A stretch of DNA of 64,000 nucleotides. It comes from Deltaproteobacteria bacterium (lineage in GTDB: Bacteria; Desulfobacterota; Anaeroferrophillalia; Anaeroferrophillales; Tharpellaceae). The notes beneath the pieces are model-generated. The model was given only the letters and a program-made list of their open reading frames with translations. It was not told where the DNA came from and made no database searches. Where the stretch lies: contig JAFGVI010000086.1 in NCBI GenBank assembly GCA_016938065.1, positions 2,155 to 66,154 of the forward strand. Reading direction: 5' to 3'. Position numbers and translations under genes: made by a program. This document shows, one piece after another, positions 34,726 to 44,471 of the stretch (its first letter is position 1; every line of letters starts with the position of its first letter).

Positions 34726-35382
34726 ATCAATGCGGGAAACATTGGAGACGACATAGCCGTGCCCCTGCAACTGTTCAACCAAGGCCTCGGCATCAACATT
34801 TTTAACCCGAAAAACCAGCTCCCTGCGACCTTCAAGCGGAATATCGTCAACCAGAGCCAGGCTCACCAGAGTCCCTTTGAGACCATCCAGAATACTTATC
34901 ACGCGAATGATTTCATCCTGCTCCTTGGGGAAATTATCAAGGGTTATACGAATCGACTCTTTATGGGTCGCCCCGAGCATGTGCAGAAAGGCGCGATAGA
35001 TATCGGACTCGGTTATGATGCCGATAAGCCGGCCATTTTCAACTACCGGCAAGGCCCCGACCCCATATTTAGTGCCCAGAACCGCCGCTTTTTCCATCGT
35101 CATATCGGGTGAACAGGTGATCACGTCAGTCGTCATGATTTCACCGACCGTCATCTTGGCGAGAAGATAGTTAAGTTCATGAATGCTCAGGCTGGTCGCT
35201 TTGGAGGGTTGCGCTTCGCGCAGGCCGGAAAGGGTGACAATGCCGATCAGTTTGTTGCCTTTGAGCACCGGCAGCCGACGAATATTGTGGTTTCGCATAA
35301 TTTTTTGCGCGTCAATCACCAGGGTTTCCGCACTTACCGTAATCGGTTCACTCTTCATCCAGTATTTAACCAGCATTCGCAA
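34660..35382 (-). CDS. CBS-pair domain protein with ACT-like C-terminal domain (AcuB-like)
   Basis: Has two CBS motifs (IRRLPVLKGNKLIGIVT and GALPVVENGRLIGIITESD). Its 3' end overlaps the 3' end of iorB by 66 nt. Confidence 0.75.
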   Translation of the reverse strand: MRMLVKYWMKSEPITVSAETLVIDAQKIMRNHNIRRLPVLKGNKLIGIVTLSGLREAQPSKATSLSIHELNYLLAKMTVGEIMTTDVITCSPDMTMEKAAVLGTKYGVGALPVVENGRLIGIITESDIYRAFLHMLGATHKESIRITLDNFPKEQDEIIRVISILDGLKGTLVSLALVDDIPLEGRRELVFRVKNVDAEALVEQLQGHGYVVSNVSRIDLPDRELPANLKSSEVGRFYVG

Positions 35383-35489
35383 CTCCTTCAGGAAAAAAGC
35401 TTCAATTCAAAATAAATCGCAGCTATTCAGCCGGATTACAGGCTTGAGCAGAATCATCCGAGTCCCCGGAAAAGAAAAATAGCCGCAAC

Positions 35490-36308
35490 TCACGAGAGCC
35501 AGCGTTTTCTGCGCTGGTAGTGCTTGACCTCCTTAAAACTTTTTTTGCCGCGATCGCTATGACCGAGATAAAATTCTTTGACATCAGGATTGTTGCGCAA
35601 CGTTTCGCAGTCTCCCGCAAGCACCACGCGCCCACCCTCCATTATATAGCCATAGTCAGCCACCTGCAGAGCGAGATTGGCGTTCTGCTCAACCAGCAGA
35701 ATGGTGATCCCCTCATCCCTGTTGATGCGCATGATAATCTCAAAAATCTCTCTGACCAGCAGAGAGGCCAGTCCCAGCGACGGCTCATCCAGCAGCATCA
35801 GTTTCGGCCTGGCCATCAGAGCCCGACCGATGGCCAGCATCTGCTGCTCTCCACCGCTCAAATGGCCGGCGGTCTGGCGATGGCGCTCGCGCAACCGGGG
35901 AAAATAGTTGAAAACGGTATCAATATCGAAATTTATCCGCTCCCGATCCCGACGCAGATGAGCCCCGACCAGCAGGTTCTCGGTCACCGTCAGGCTTTTA
36001 AAGATGCGACGCCCCTCCATCACCTGAAAGATGCCGTCCCGAACAATGTTTTCCGGCTCTTTGCGATTGATTATTGCACCTGAAAATTCAATAGTGCCGT
36101 CAGTTATCCGGCCGTTCTCCGACCGCAGAAGGGCAGAGATAGCTTTTAAGGTGGTCGTCTTGCCGGCCCCGTTGGCCCCTAAAAGAGTAACGATCCTGCC
36201 TTCCGGCACCTCCAGAGACATCCCCTGCAGAACCAGAATTACCTCGCTGTAGACCACTTCAATATTGCTAACCCTGAGCATAACACTCATGTCATAACTC
36301 TCCTGCAC
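35490..36308 (-). CDS. ABC transporter ATP-binding protein, LivF-like, with a basic C-terminal tail
   Basis: Has Walker A (GANGAGKTT), the signature LSGGEQQML and Walker B (LMLLDEPS). The tail KSFKEVKHYQRRKRWLS extends beyond the usual LivF end. Confidence 0.85.
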   Translation of the reverse strand: MQESYDMSVMLRVSNIEVVYSEVILVLQGMSLEVPEGRIVTLLGANGAGKTTTLKAISALLRSENGRITDGTIEFSGAIINRKEPENIVRDGIFQVMEGRRIFKSLTVTENLLVGAHLRRDRERINFDIDTVFNYFPRLRERHRQTAGHLSGGEQQMLAIGRALMARPKLMLLDEPSLGLASLLVREIFEIIMRINRDEGITILLVEQNANLALQVADYGYIMEGGRVVLAGDCETLRNNPDVKEFYLGHSDRGKKSFKEVKHYQRRKRWLS

Positions 36309-36313
36309 AATGA

Positions 36314-37501
36314 TCAGCGACTCAGCAGAACCTCTTTCACCGGCACAAAATGACCTTTCCGGAATTGATAGATGCGCAAGCCCATAGAACCTTTATGACT
36401 CTCCGGGCTGAAAGAGATGGGCACCGTCAACCCTCCGGTGGAGAAATTTCTCATTTTTTCCAAAGCGGCTTTAATTTTGGGTCCGGTAACTTCACCTTCT
36501 ACATGACTGATCGCTTCGGCCATGACCTTCATTGCCGCCAAACCCTGCAGATAGTTGACCGTCTGCACCTTGCCGGGATGATATTTCTGGCTGATCATTT
36601 TCGCCTGCTCTACCCCGGACTCGCTATCTTCCCAGATACAAAAGGGATTAGTCCAGTAGCAACCTTCAGCCGCATCCCCGGCCAACCGGGCAATTTTAGC
36701 GCTCATCGCCCAGTTCAGGGCAAAGAATCTGGTGCGCAAATTAAGTTTTTTCGCATCCTTCAAGATCGTCGCCATGACTTCGGTTTCCTGCACAATGGCA
36801 AAATCGGGATCGGCCTTTTCCATATTAAGCAGCGGCACGGTGGCTTCCAGAGCCCGCAGACTGATAATCGATTTGGCCACCACATCAACGCCGATCTCCC
36901 GGGCATAATCCTCAGCCCCAGGGAAATTATGCCCCTGAAACTTGACCGTAAAAAAGGGCGACCGACCAAAGCCTGTGTCGCTGTAGATAAATGCCACCCG
37001 GGGTTTACGACTTTTATCGCTCCAGGTATCTCGAATAAACTTTAAAGCCACCCGCGCCTGATCCGCGTAGGTCGTGCCGACCATAAAGTTATAAGGCGTT
37101 ATTCTGGGATCGGTCAGATGTTCAGAGTAGGAGGCCGAAAAATAGGGGATCTCATCCTTTTTGATCAAAGGCGACATCGCTTCCGTATCGCCGGTACCCC
37201 AGCCCTGAATCGCGACCACCTTCTCATGCTTGAATTTCTTGTATGCGGCCAGAGCCTGAGGAATTTTATAGGCGTAATCAACATCCAACAGCTTGATCTG
37301 GACCCCGTTGATGCCGCCCTCCTCCTCATTGAGATAGCGCACATAATCGCGCACCCCTTCGGCATAGGGGGTGCCGACCGAGCCGGTGCCGCCGGTGATG
37401 TCAAAAAGCCCGCCGATCTTGATCGGGCCTTCCGCCATAACCGGAACCACCCACAACAGAAACAGAAAGGCCGCCAGTAAACGGATAGTAATTTTCTTCA
37501 T
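36314..37501 (-). CDS. Periplasmic substrate-binding protein of the Liv-type (type I PBP) ABC transporter
   Basis: Has a signal peptide and the LivK/Peripla_BP_6-like pattern (IKIGGLFDITGGTGSVG ...). Confidence 0.8.
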   Translation of the reverse strand: MKKITIRLLAAFLFLLWVVPVMAEGPIKIGGLFDITGGTGSVGTPYAEGVRDYVRYLNEEEGGINGVQIKLLDVDYAYKIPQALAAYKKFKHEKVVAIQGWGTGDTEAMSPLIKKDEIPYFSASYSEHLTDPRITPYNFMVGTTYADQARVALKFIRDTWSDKSRKPRVAFIYSDTGFGRSPFFTVKFQGHNFPGAEDYAREIGVDVVAKSIISLRALEATVPLLNMEKADPDFAIVQETEVMATILKDAKKLNLRTRFFALNWAMSAKIARLAGDAAEGCYWTNPFCIWEDSESGVEQAKMISQKYHPGKVQTVNYLQGLAAMKVMAEAISHVEGEVTGPKIKAALEKMRNFSTGGLTVPISFSPESHKGSMGLRIYQFRKGHFVPVKEVLLSR

Positions 37502-37541
37502 GCTTTGCTCTCCTTGACCCCGGAAAAAAGTTTATGTAGCA

Positions 37542-38594
37542 CTATTGCGAAAACGGCCAGAGTTTCCAGTATGATTTTGCCAGCTGCCAGCGATGGGCCA
37601 GACCATCGGGCTCATAGATCAGAAAAGCGATAATGATCAAACCGAAAACTCCCTCCTTGATCGCCGCAAAAAGATTGACAATCACGGGAAATTGCCCGCT
37701 TAAAGCGCCGCTTGCGACCCGCAGCACCTCCGGCAGCAGAACCATGAAGACCGCGCCGAAAATCGAGCCGATAATCTGCCCCATACCTCCAATGATAATC
37801 ATCGCCAGATATTCGATGGAAACCCCGAGCGTAAAGTGCTCAGGGGTGATGATGGTCACATAGTGGGCCCACAATGAGCCGGCGATCCCGGCCAGAAAAG
37901 AGCTGAAGGCAAAAGCCATCAATTTATATTTAAACGGATTGACGCCCATGACTTCAGCTGAGACCGGCTGATCCCGAATCGCGATAAAGGCCCGGCCCGG
38001 CCTCGTGCGAACAATATTTTTCGTAATCAAGGTGGCCAGCAGCGCCAGCGTCGTCACCAGATAAAAATAGCGCTGATCGGTATCAAAGGAAAAACCCAGG
38101 CACGAGGGAAAATCGACCATCTTGCCCAGAACCCCGTTGGTTACGCCTTCGACATGCACCATCAGATATTCGATGATAAACTGTGCGGCGAGAGTGGCGA
38201 TGGCCAGATATAAGCCTTTTAAACGCAGAGATGGAATGCCGAAAACCAGTCCGCAACAGGCGGCGATTAAACCGGCGCAGGGCAGAGCCACAAAAAAAGG
38301 AACCCCTAAATCCATCACCAGATAAGCTGAAGCGTAGGCCCCGACCCCGAGAAAAGCGCCGTGCCCCAGCGAAATCTGCCCGGTAAACCCGGCCAGGATA
38401 TTCAGTCCTAAAGCCCCGATGACGGCGATGCCGATCAGGTTGCAGACATAAAGAGCATATTCATTAAGATAAAGAGGAGCCGTATAGAGCCCGATGAGAA
38501 AGAGAAGAATCCAGAGCCTGGAAAAAAAGGTCTGAAAAAGCACCATCTCCTGTCCGTAGCTGGTCTTGTAATCTCCGCAATAACGTGCGCTCAT
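37542..38594 (-). CDS. Branched-chain amino acid-type ABC transporter permease (LivM-like)
   Basis: A polytopic membrane protein with GQISLGHGAF and YLAMIIIGGMG motifs. Confidence 0.85.
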   Translation of the reverse strand: MSARYCGDYKTSYGQEMVLFQTFFSRLWILLFLIGLYTAPLYLNEYALYVCNLIGIAVIGALGLNILAGFTGQISLGHGAFLGVGAYASAYLVMDLGVPFFVALPCAGLIAACCGLVFGIPSLRLKGLYLAIATLAAQFIIEYLMVHVEGVTNGVLGKMVDFPSCLGFSFDTDQRYFYLVTTLALLATLITKNIVRTRPGRAFIAIRDQPVSAEVMGVNPFKYKLMAFAFSSFLAGIAGSLWAHYVTIITPEHFTLGVSIEYLAMIIIGGMGQIIGSIFGAVFMVLLPEVLRVASGALSGQFPVIVNLFAAIKEGVFGLIIIAFLIYEPDGLAHRWQLAKSYWKLWPFSQ

Positions 38595-38636
38595 TACCGC
38601 CTCAAGATATCCGTTTGCATGATTTTATCAGCATCT

Positions 38637-39521
38637 TCATACCTTTGCGCTCGCAGCCCGGCCAAACAGGCCATAAGGCTTGACCATCAGAATGATGACC
38701 AGCACGATAAAGGGAATCACCTCTTTACTGCCGCCGCCGACCAGAGGATCAAGGTAGCCCCCGCTCAAAGCTTCAATAAGCCCGATGGAGAGGCCCCCGA
38801 CAATCGCTCCGGGAATACTGTCAAGCCCTCCCAGAACTGCCGCCGGAAAGACCTTCATCCCGAAAAAACCCAGGGAAACATTGACAACGTTGATATTACC
38901 CAGAAAAACCCCGCCGACCGAGGCCACCAGAAAAGCGATGCACCAGGCCATGGCGAAAACTTTTTTCAGGCTGATCCCCATCGAAAGAGCGGCCTGCTGA
39001 TCATCGGCTACGGCCCGCATGGCCATGCCGGCGTTGGAGTAGCGAAAAAAGAGGGTGAACAAACCAAGAAAAAGAACCGCAAAGCCGACACTCCAAAGAT
39101 AGACCTGGGAGATGACGACTGAACCCAGATGAATCGGCACCTGAGAAAAAATCTGCGGATAGGCCCGATTGTTGGGGCCCCAGATGACCAAAACCGCACA
39201 TTTCAAGACACTGGAAAGACCTATGGTCAGCATGATAATCGCAATAATCGGTTGGCCGAGCATCGGTCGTAAGGCCAGCCGTTCAATCAGCAGCCCCAGC
39301 CCCACGCTGACCGCCATGGTCATTAGAAAAGCGATCCAGAAAGGCAGCTGCAGCTGGGCGACCAGGGCCAGACAGACATAAGCGCCGACCATAAGGAATT
39401 CACCCTGGGCAAAATTAATCACCCTGGTAACTTTATAGATGAGGACAAAGCCCAGGGCGACCAGAGCATAAATGCTGCCGACGACAACGCCGCTGACCAG
39501 CAGTTGCAGAAAGAAATCCAT
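38637..39521 (-). CDS. Branched-chain amino acid-type ABC transporter permease (LivH-like)
   Basis: Starts MDFFLQLLVSGVVVGSIYALVALGFVLIY and has INFAQGEF, which is typical of LivH. Confidence 0.85.
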   Translation of the reverse strand: MDFFLQLLVSGVVVGSIYALVALGFVLIYKVTRVINFAQGEFLMVGAYVCLALVAQLQLPFWIAFLMTMAVSVGLGLLIERLALRPMLGQPIIAIIMLTIGLSSVLKCAVLVIWGPNNRAYPQIFSQVPIHLGSVVISQVYLWSVGFAVLFLGLFTLFFRYSNAGMAMRAVADDQQAALSMGISLKKVFAMAWCIAFLVASVGGVFLGNINVVNVSLGFFGMKVFPAAVLGGLDSIPGAIVGGLSIGLIEALSGGYLDPLVGGGSKEVIPFIVLVIILMVKPYGLFGRAASAKV

Positions 39522-39550
39522 CGCCTTAATTGCCTCCTGAAAATCCAGGC

Positions 39551-41446
39551 TTACAGAGTTATTACTTTTACCGCAATGGACTTAGAGTGCGATCTGCCGT
39601 CCTGATACTCGACCATCATCTCCGTGTCTATAATCTCGAATCCGGCGTACATGGCCTTGATCATTGCCCTGTATTTTTCGTTGACATGGCCCCGGCGCAC
39701 TTTGCGCGTCCAGGTCAGTTCACCATCATCGGGCTCAAGCTCCTTATGGAGCAGAATGAATTTGCCAAGGGAAGCGGGCAGCGACTGATTAAGTCCGACA
39801 ACTTCATCTTTAATCATCTCGCAGACCGCCGGCACAGCAACCAGGTCGGCATAATCGGTGAAGGCCAGCCGCCGGCTTGCGGCCCATTGACCAACCGTCT
39901 CAAAATCGACAGAGATCAGGGCCGCCAGATACTCCCGACCCGCGCCGATGACCACCGCTTCCTTTATATAGGGACTGAATTTCAATTTGTTTTCGATAAA
40001 TTGCGGCGCGATCCGGGTGCCATCCGGCAACATTATAAAATCGTGCAGCCGATCAACGACCACCAGATGACCTCGATCATTAAAATAGCCGGCATCGCCG
40101 GAATGCAGCCAACCGTCGCGGCTTGTGCCGGCCGCGGCCTTATCATTATAGTAGCCCGGAAAAAGTACAGGGGTGCGCACGAGAATCTCCCCCGCGGCAC
40201 TGATTTTTATCTCGGTGCCGGGCAGCGGTTTACCGACCGAAGCCGAATCGACATCACCTTCCCAGTGAGCACAGGAGAAGCCTGCGGTCTCAGTCAGACC
40301 GTAGAGCTGTTTCAGGTTAACCCCAAGCGCGTGGAAAAAGCGAAAAGTATCAGCGCCCAGAGCACCCCCGCCGGTGTAGGCGCAGCGCAGACGACTTAAA
40401 CCAATTCGATCCTGCAGAGACCGGAAAACCAGCCGGAAGGCCAGCCCGTACATCAGCTTTTCCCAGAAAGACGGCTTTTTTTTCTGCAGCCTGAGATCAG
40501 CCCAGCTATAACCGACCGGCAGACAGTGCTCGTAGACAAAACGTTTGCCCGGGGTAGCACTCTTGATTTTAACCTGCACCAGAGCCGCCAGATTCTCCCA
40601 GACGCGAGGAGGCGCAAACATCAGATGGGGCCCGATTTCACGGACATTTTCATGCGCGCTCTCCTGCTTTTCCGGAAAATTAACTGTAAAGCCGAAAAGC
40701 AGCGCACAGACAACCGCCATCATCTGCTCACCGACCCAGGCAAGAGGCAGGCAGGAAACAAATTCGCTTCCGGCCAGTTTCTTATCAACTTCACCCAGGC
40801 TGCGCGCCATCTGCACCATGTTCCCGTGACTCAACAGGGCAAGTCTGGGTTTCTCATCTCCTCCTCCTGTGGTGCCCGCCGTAGGACAGAGAACGGCCCC
40901 GTCATCTTCCCGGGTAGCGGCTATCAGAAGAGCGAAAAAATCGGGGCGGGCCTCGGCATAACGACGCCCCAGAGCCTCAACCTCGGGAAAGAATCGCAGT
41001 CTTGGATCAGCATAAAAGCTCATCCCCTTTGGGTCGTGATAGATCACATATGCAACCGCCGGCAAGCGCTCAAGCAGCGAAAAAATTTTGTCACACTGCT
41101 CTAGATCCTCAACCACCACAAGCTTTGCCCGGGCGAGATCGAGGATGGTGAAAACCTCCTCGGCCACCGCTTCCTGATAGATCCCGACGGGAAGCGCCCC
41201 GACACACTGGGCCGCAAGTTCAGCATAAATCCATTCCGGCCGATTGTCTCCGATAATCGCAATCCGATCGCCCTTTTTCAGGCCCAGAGCCACCATACCC
41301 AGACAAAAGTTTTTAACATGCTCATAGTACTCCTGCCAGGTAAAACTCCGCCAGAGTCCATACTCTTTTTCCCTGAGGGCGGGACGCCGACAACCTGAGT
41401 TTTCCGCCTGCTCCTGCAACAGCTTCGGCAGCGTGTCACCCGTCAT
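39551..41446 (-). CDS. AMP-forming long-chain acyl-CoA ligase embedded in the ABC transporter operon
   Basis: Has AMP-binding motifs (PTAGTTGG.., YGLTE, HSGDAG). Its start overlaps the livG-like stop in an ATGA arrangement. Confidence 0.85.
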   Translation of the reverse strand: MTGDTLPKLLQEQAENSGCRRPALREKEYGLWRSFTWQEYYEHVKNFCLGMVALGLKKGDRIAIIGDNRPEWIYAELAAQCVGALPVGIYQEAVAEEVFTILDLARAKLVVVEDLEQCDKIFSLLERLPAVAYVIYHDPKGMSFYADPRLRFFPEVEALGRRYAEARPDFFALLIAATREDDGAVLCPTAGTTGGGDEKPRLALLSHGNMVQMARSLGEVDKKLAGSEFVSCLPLAWVGEQMMAVVCALLFGFTVNFPEKQESAHENVREIGPHLMFAPPRVWENLAALVQVKIKSATPGKRFVYEHCLPVGYSWADLRLQKKKPSFWEKLMYGLAFRLVFRSLQDRIGLSRLRCAYTGGGALGADTFRFFHALGVNLKQLYGLTETAGFSCAHWEGDVDSASVGKPLPGTEIKISAAGEILVRTPVLFPGYYNDKAAAGTSRDGWLHSGDAGYFNDRGHLVVVDRLHDFIMLPDGTRIAPQFIENKLKFSPYIKEAVVIGAGREYLAALISVDFETVGQWAASRRLAFTDYADLVAVPAVCEMIKDEVVGLNQSLPASLGKFILLHKELEPDDGELTWTRKVRRGHVNEKYRAMIKAMYAGFEIIDTEMMVEYQDGRSHSKSIAVKVITL

Positions 41447-42282
41447 AAAATATTCCTTGAGCCGCTTCTTCCCTCCGGAAAAACCGAATCTTCGGCGCCC
41501 AGATAAGCTTCGATTACCGCCGGATGCTCCTGTATCGCATGGGGTGTACCGGCAGCCAGCAATTCACCGAAGTTAAGCACGGCCACGCGATCGGAAATAT
41601 CCATGACCACCCCCATATCATGTTCAATAAGAAGAAGTGTCGTTCGGCGCTCCTGATTGATATCGAGAATAAAACGGGCCATATCTTCGGTCTCTTCCTG
41701 ATTCAGGCCGGCCATCGGTTCATCAAGCAGCAGAAGCTCCGGCTCCAGCGCCAGAGCCCGACCCAATTCCAGCCGTTTGCGTAAACCGTAGGGCAGCGTG
41801 GCCACGGTTTTTTCCCGAATATGCTCGATTTCAAGAAAATCAATTATCTTCTCAACCACCTGGCGATGCCGAAGTTCCTCCTCGCGGGCCTTGCCCCAGA
41901 AAAGACCGCCGCTGAAAAGCCCGGCCCGCATATGAATATGGCGGCCCAGCAGCAGATTTTCAATAACCGTCATGCCTTTGAAAAGTTCAACCTGCTGAAA
42001 GCTCCGGGCAAGGCCCAACGGAGCAATTTTATGCGCCGGCAGTAAAGTCAGATCCTGGCCTTTGAAAAGAACGCTCCCGCGCTGGGGCCGGTACAGCCCG
42101 CTGATCACATTGAAAAGACTCGATTTACCGGCGCCATTGGGCCCGATAATTGAATAGATGGAGCCGTTCTCCACCTGCAGACTGACATTGAGCAGAGCGT
42201 TGACCCCGCCAAAACTCAGAGTAACCCCCTCAACCTCCAGAACTACCCGCAAATCATCTCCCGCAGTCGCGTCCAGCATCAA
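41443..42282 (-). CDS. ABC transporter ATP-binding protein, LivG-like
   Basis: Has Walker A (GPNGAGKSS), the LivG-type insertion, LPYGLRKRLELGRAL and Walker B (LLLLDEP). Confidence 0.85.
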   Translation of the reverse strand: MMLDATAGDDLRVVLEVEGVTLSFGGVNALLNVSLQVENGSIYSIIGPNGAGKSSLFNVISGLYRPQRGSVLFKGQDLTLLPAHKIAPLGLARSFQQVELFKGMTVIENLLLGRHIHMRAGLFSGGLFWGKAREEELRHRQVVEKIIDFLEIEHIREKTVATLPYGLRKRLELGRALALEPELLLLDEPMAGLNQEETEDMARFILDINQERRTTLLLIEHDMGVVMDISDRVAVLNFGELLAAGTPHAIQEHPAVIEAYLGAEDSVFPEGRSGSRNIL

Positions 42283-42331
42283 CCCATCTCTATGAAATCA
42301 TTAAATAAAAACCAGTTTTGTCAAGCTGAAG

Positions 42332-42359
42332 ACTATACTATATAGAATTGATTTGTCAA
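42332..42359 (-). promoter_or_regulatory. Sigma-70 promoter of the livG-like/ligase/permease operon
   Basis: On the - strand: TTGACA (42359-42354), 16 nt, TATAGT (42337-42332), about 50 nt upstream of the ATG at 42282. Confidence 0.6.
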
Positions 42360-42434
42360 TCAAAAACAGTTCCTCGACGGCCGGCGCCGGTCGGCCCGGC
42401 CGCCGGGAGGCAAACTTTGCCGGCAATAAAAATC

Positions 42435-42462
42435 TTGACAAAGATACCGGCATAACTATAGT
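42435..42462 (+). promoter_or_regulatory. Sigma-70 promoter of the divergent MerR-family gene
   Basis: TTGACA (42435-42440), 16 nt, TATAGT (42457-42462). Confidence 0.6.
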
Positions 42463-42545
42463 AATGCCTCCGTTTTCAATTTACAACTCAGCGGCGCCGC
42501 CTGTATCCGTGGCGCTTTACGCCATAAAAATCCATCCAGGACACA

Positions 42546-42959
42546 ATGAACCAGCAACCGCAAAACCCGCCCGAACCATCCATTACCCGTTACCGGATCG
42601 GCGAAATCGGCAAAATACTTGATCTCAGCACCAGAACAATTCGCTATTATGAGGAGATCGGCCTGCTTAACACCGTGAAAAGAATCGAGGGTGGCCGCCG
42701 CATTTATACCGAGGATGACCTGCGCCGCCTGCGCTTTATCAAGAAACTCAAGCTTCTAGGGCTCTCCCTCGGCGAGATGGCTGAACTCGAAAACCACTAC
42801 AATCGACACCGCAACAACAAAAAAGTGCTGCCCAAGGTTGCTGAACTATTGCACCGTCACAGCAAAGAGATCGAATCGCGACTGCTGGAACTGGGTAAGC
42901 TCAAAAAAGAGATCAACGACTATCTCAGTCACATTGAAAGTAAAATCAACGCCTCCTGA
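42546..42959 (+). CDS. MerR family transcriptional regulator
   Basis: Has the HTH YRIGEIGKILDLSTRTIRYYEEIGLL followed by a coiled-coil dimerisation helix. No metal-binding Cys residues are visible. Confidence 0.85.
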   Translation: MNQQPQNPPEPSITRYRIGEIGKILDLSTRTIRYYEEIGLLNTVKRIEGGRRIYTEDDLRRLRFIKKLKLLGLSLGEMAELENHYNRHRNNKKVLPKVAELLHRHSKEIESRLLELGKLKKEINDYLSHIESKINAS

Positions 42960-43025
42960 ATTCATCATAACGCTGCGGGCTTTACACCAGCCCGCCACTG
43001 AAAGGACGGCCTCACCCCACTTATT

Positions 43026-44297
43026 ATGAACAGTAACCCACCCGCCCTGCCCTCTTCCTACAAACTGGTTCCGGCCGCCGAGATCAGTCAGCGCCTGGCT
43101 CTGGCTCAAAAAAGTCTGGCGGAAGCGGAATTTGACGGCCTTATAGTTCTGCATAACATCGACCGCTACTACTTTACCGGCACCCTGCAGGATGGCATCC
43201 TCTGGCTGCCGGCACAGGGAGTGCCGGTTTTCTGGGTGCGGCGCAGTCTCGCCCGGGCCCGCCAGGAGTCCCCGCTGACGGAGATCAGACCCCAGCCTGA
43301 GGAAAGCAGCAGCCTGCAGAGCGAATTACGCTCGGTCATCAGGCCGCGGAGCCGCGTCGGTCTTGAACTTGATGTCGTGCCCGCCCGGGTGGCGGCCCGT
43401 TTTCAGCGCCTCCTGCCGGAGTCCTGCCGGATCAGTGACGCCGCGCCGTTAATCCGCAGCATACGCTCCTGCAAAAGCCCATACGAAATCTCCTGCATCA
43501 AAAAAGCCGCTGCCGTCATGGATCAGGTCATGAACCATGCCGCTTTGATCCTTAAAGCCGGCATCAGCGAAGTCGAGCTCATGGCTGAACTTGAACACGA
43601 AGCCCGCCGCCTGGGACATCTCGGCATCGTCCGCATGCGCGGCTGGAACAGTGAACTTTTCTTCGGCCATACCATCAGCGGTGCCGACGCCGCCCGTCGC
43701 GGCTACCTTGACTCACCCACCAACGGCCTCGGCCTGAGCCCGGCTTTCCCGCAGGGTGCCAGCCACAATCTGATTCAGGAGGGCGTACCGGTCAGCATCG
43801 ACTTCATGGTCAACTGCGAAGGCTACCTCGCCGATCTGACGAGAATGTTCTGCCTCAATGCGCCTCAGGAAAGTTTCTGCCGGGCCCATAAGGATCTGCT
43901 CGCCCTCAATCAAGCTCTGGTCGCCGCCCTCAGGCCCGGAACTAAAAGCGGAGAAATCTTTACTCTGGCCCGGCAGCTGGCGCGCGAATTCGGTTTTGCC
44001 GACTATTTCCTCGGCCACGGCTCCGACCAGGTAAGCTTTGTCGGTCACGGCGTCGGTCTTGAGGTTGACGAATTTCCCTTCATCGCCCGCAACAATCCCA
44101 TGCCCCTTAAAACCGGCATGGTGGTCGCCCTCGAACCGAAACTAACCTTCCCTCCCGGCCATCACGCCCCTTCTCCCTACAGCGGGATTGCGCCCTCCGC
44201 CATAACCACTGAAACCACCTATCTGATAACTGATGACACCACCATTCCCCTCAGCCAGATCCCGGAAAAAATTAAGATCTTAATAAGTTCACATTAA
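43026..44297 (+). CDS. M24 family metallopeptidase (Xaa-Pro aminopeptidase/creatinase-like)
   Basis: Has a creatinase-like N-domain plus the pita-bread fold motifs DFMVNCEGYLADLTRMF and HGVGLEVDEFPF. Confidence 0.8.
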   Translation: MNSNPPALPSSYKLVPAAEISQRLALAQKSLAEAEFDGLIVLHNIDRYYFTGTLQDGILWLPAQGVPVFWVRRSLARARQESPLTEIRPQPEESSSLQSELRSVIRPRSRVGLELDVVPARVAARFQRLLPESCRISDAAPLIRSIRSCKSPYEISCIKKAAAVMDQVMNHAALILKAGISEVELMAELEHEARRLGHLGIVRMRGWNSELFFGHTISGADAARRGYLDSPTNGLGLSPAFPQGASHNLIQEGVPVSIDFMVNCEGYLADLTRMFCLNAPQESFCRAHKDLLALNQALVAALRPGTKSGEIFTLARQLAREFGFADYFLGHGSDQVSFVGHGVGLEVDEFPFIARNNPMPLKTGMVVALEPKLTFPPGHHAPSPYSGIAPSAITTETTYLITDDTTIPLSQIPEKIKILISSH

Positions 44298-44314
44298 AAA
44301 TATCTAAAAATCAG

Positions 44315-44343
44315 TTGACAAACACCGGTTGAAATGATATTTT
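44315..44343 (+). promoter_or_regulatory. Candidate sigma-70 promoter giving the porin gene a leader of about 320 nt
   Basis: TTGACA (44315-44320), 17 nt, TATTTT (44338-44343). I found no better promoter closer to the ATG at 44672. Confidence 0.5.
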
Positions 44344-44462
44344 GCCTCAACATGTTAAAAAGCTGTTATAGCAATATCACTGCATTTCACAAAAGATTAG
44401 GCAATTTCAGTTAATTTTTTGTCGCTCTAAAACGTAGCCGACCTCAGAAGAGAAACGATGAA

Positions 44463-44471
44463 GGGGGGGGG
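44463..44471 (+). repeat. Homopolymeric G9 tract inside the porin leader
   Basis: The sequence aaGGGGGGGGGagc is read directly. It lies within a 9-codon mini-ORF (ATG 44458 ... TAA 44487). Confidence 0.9.
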
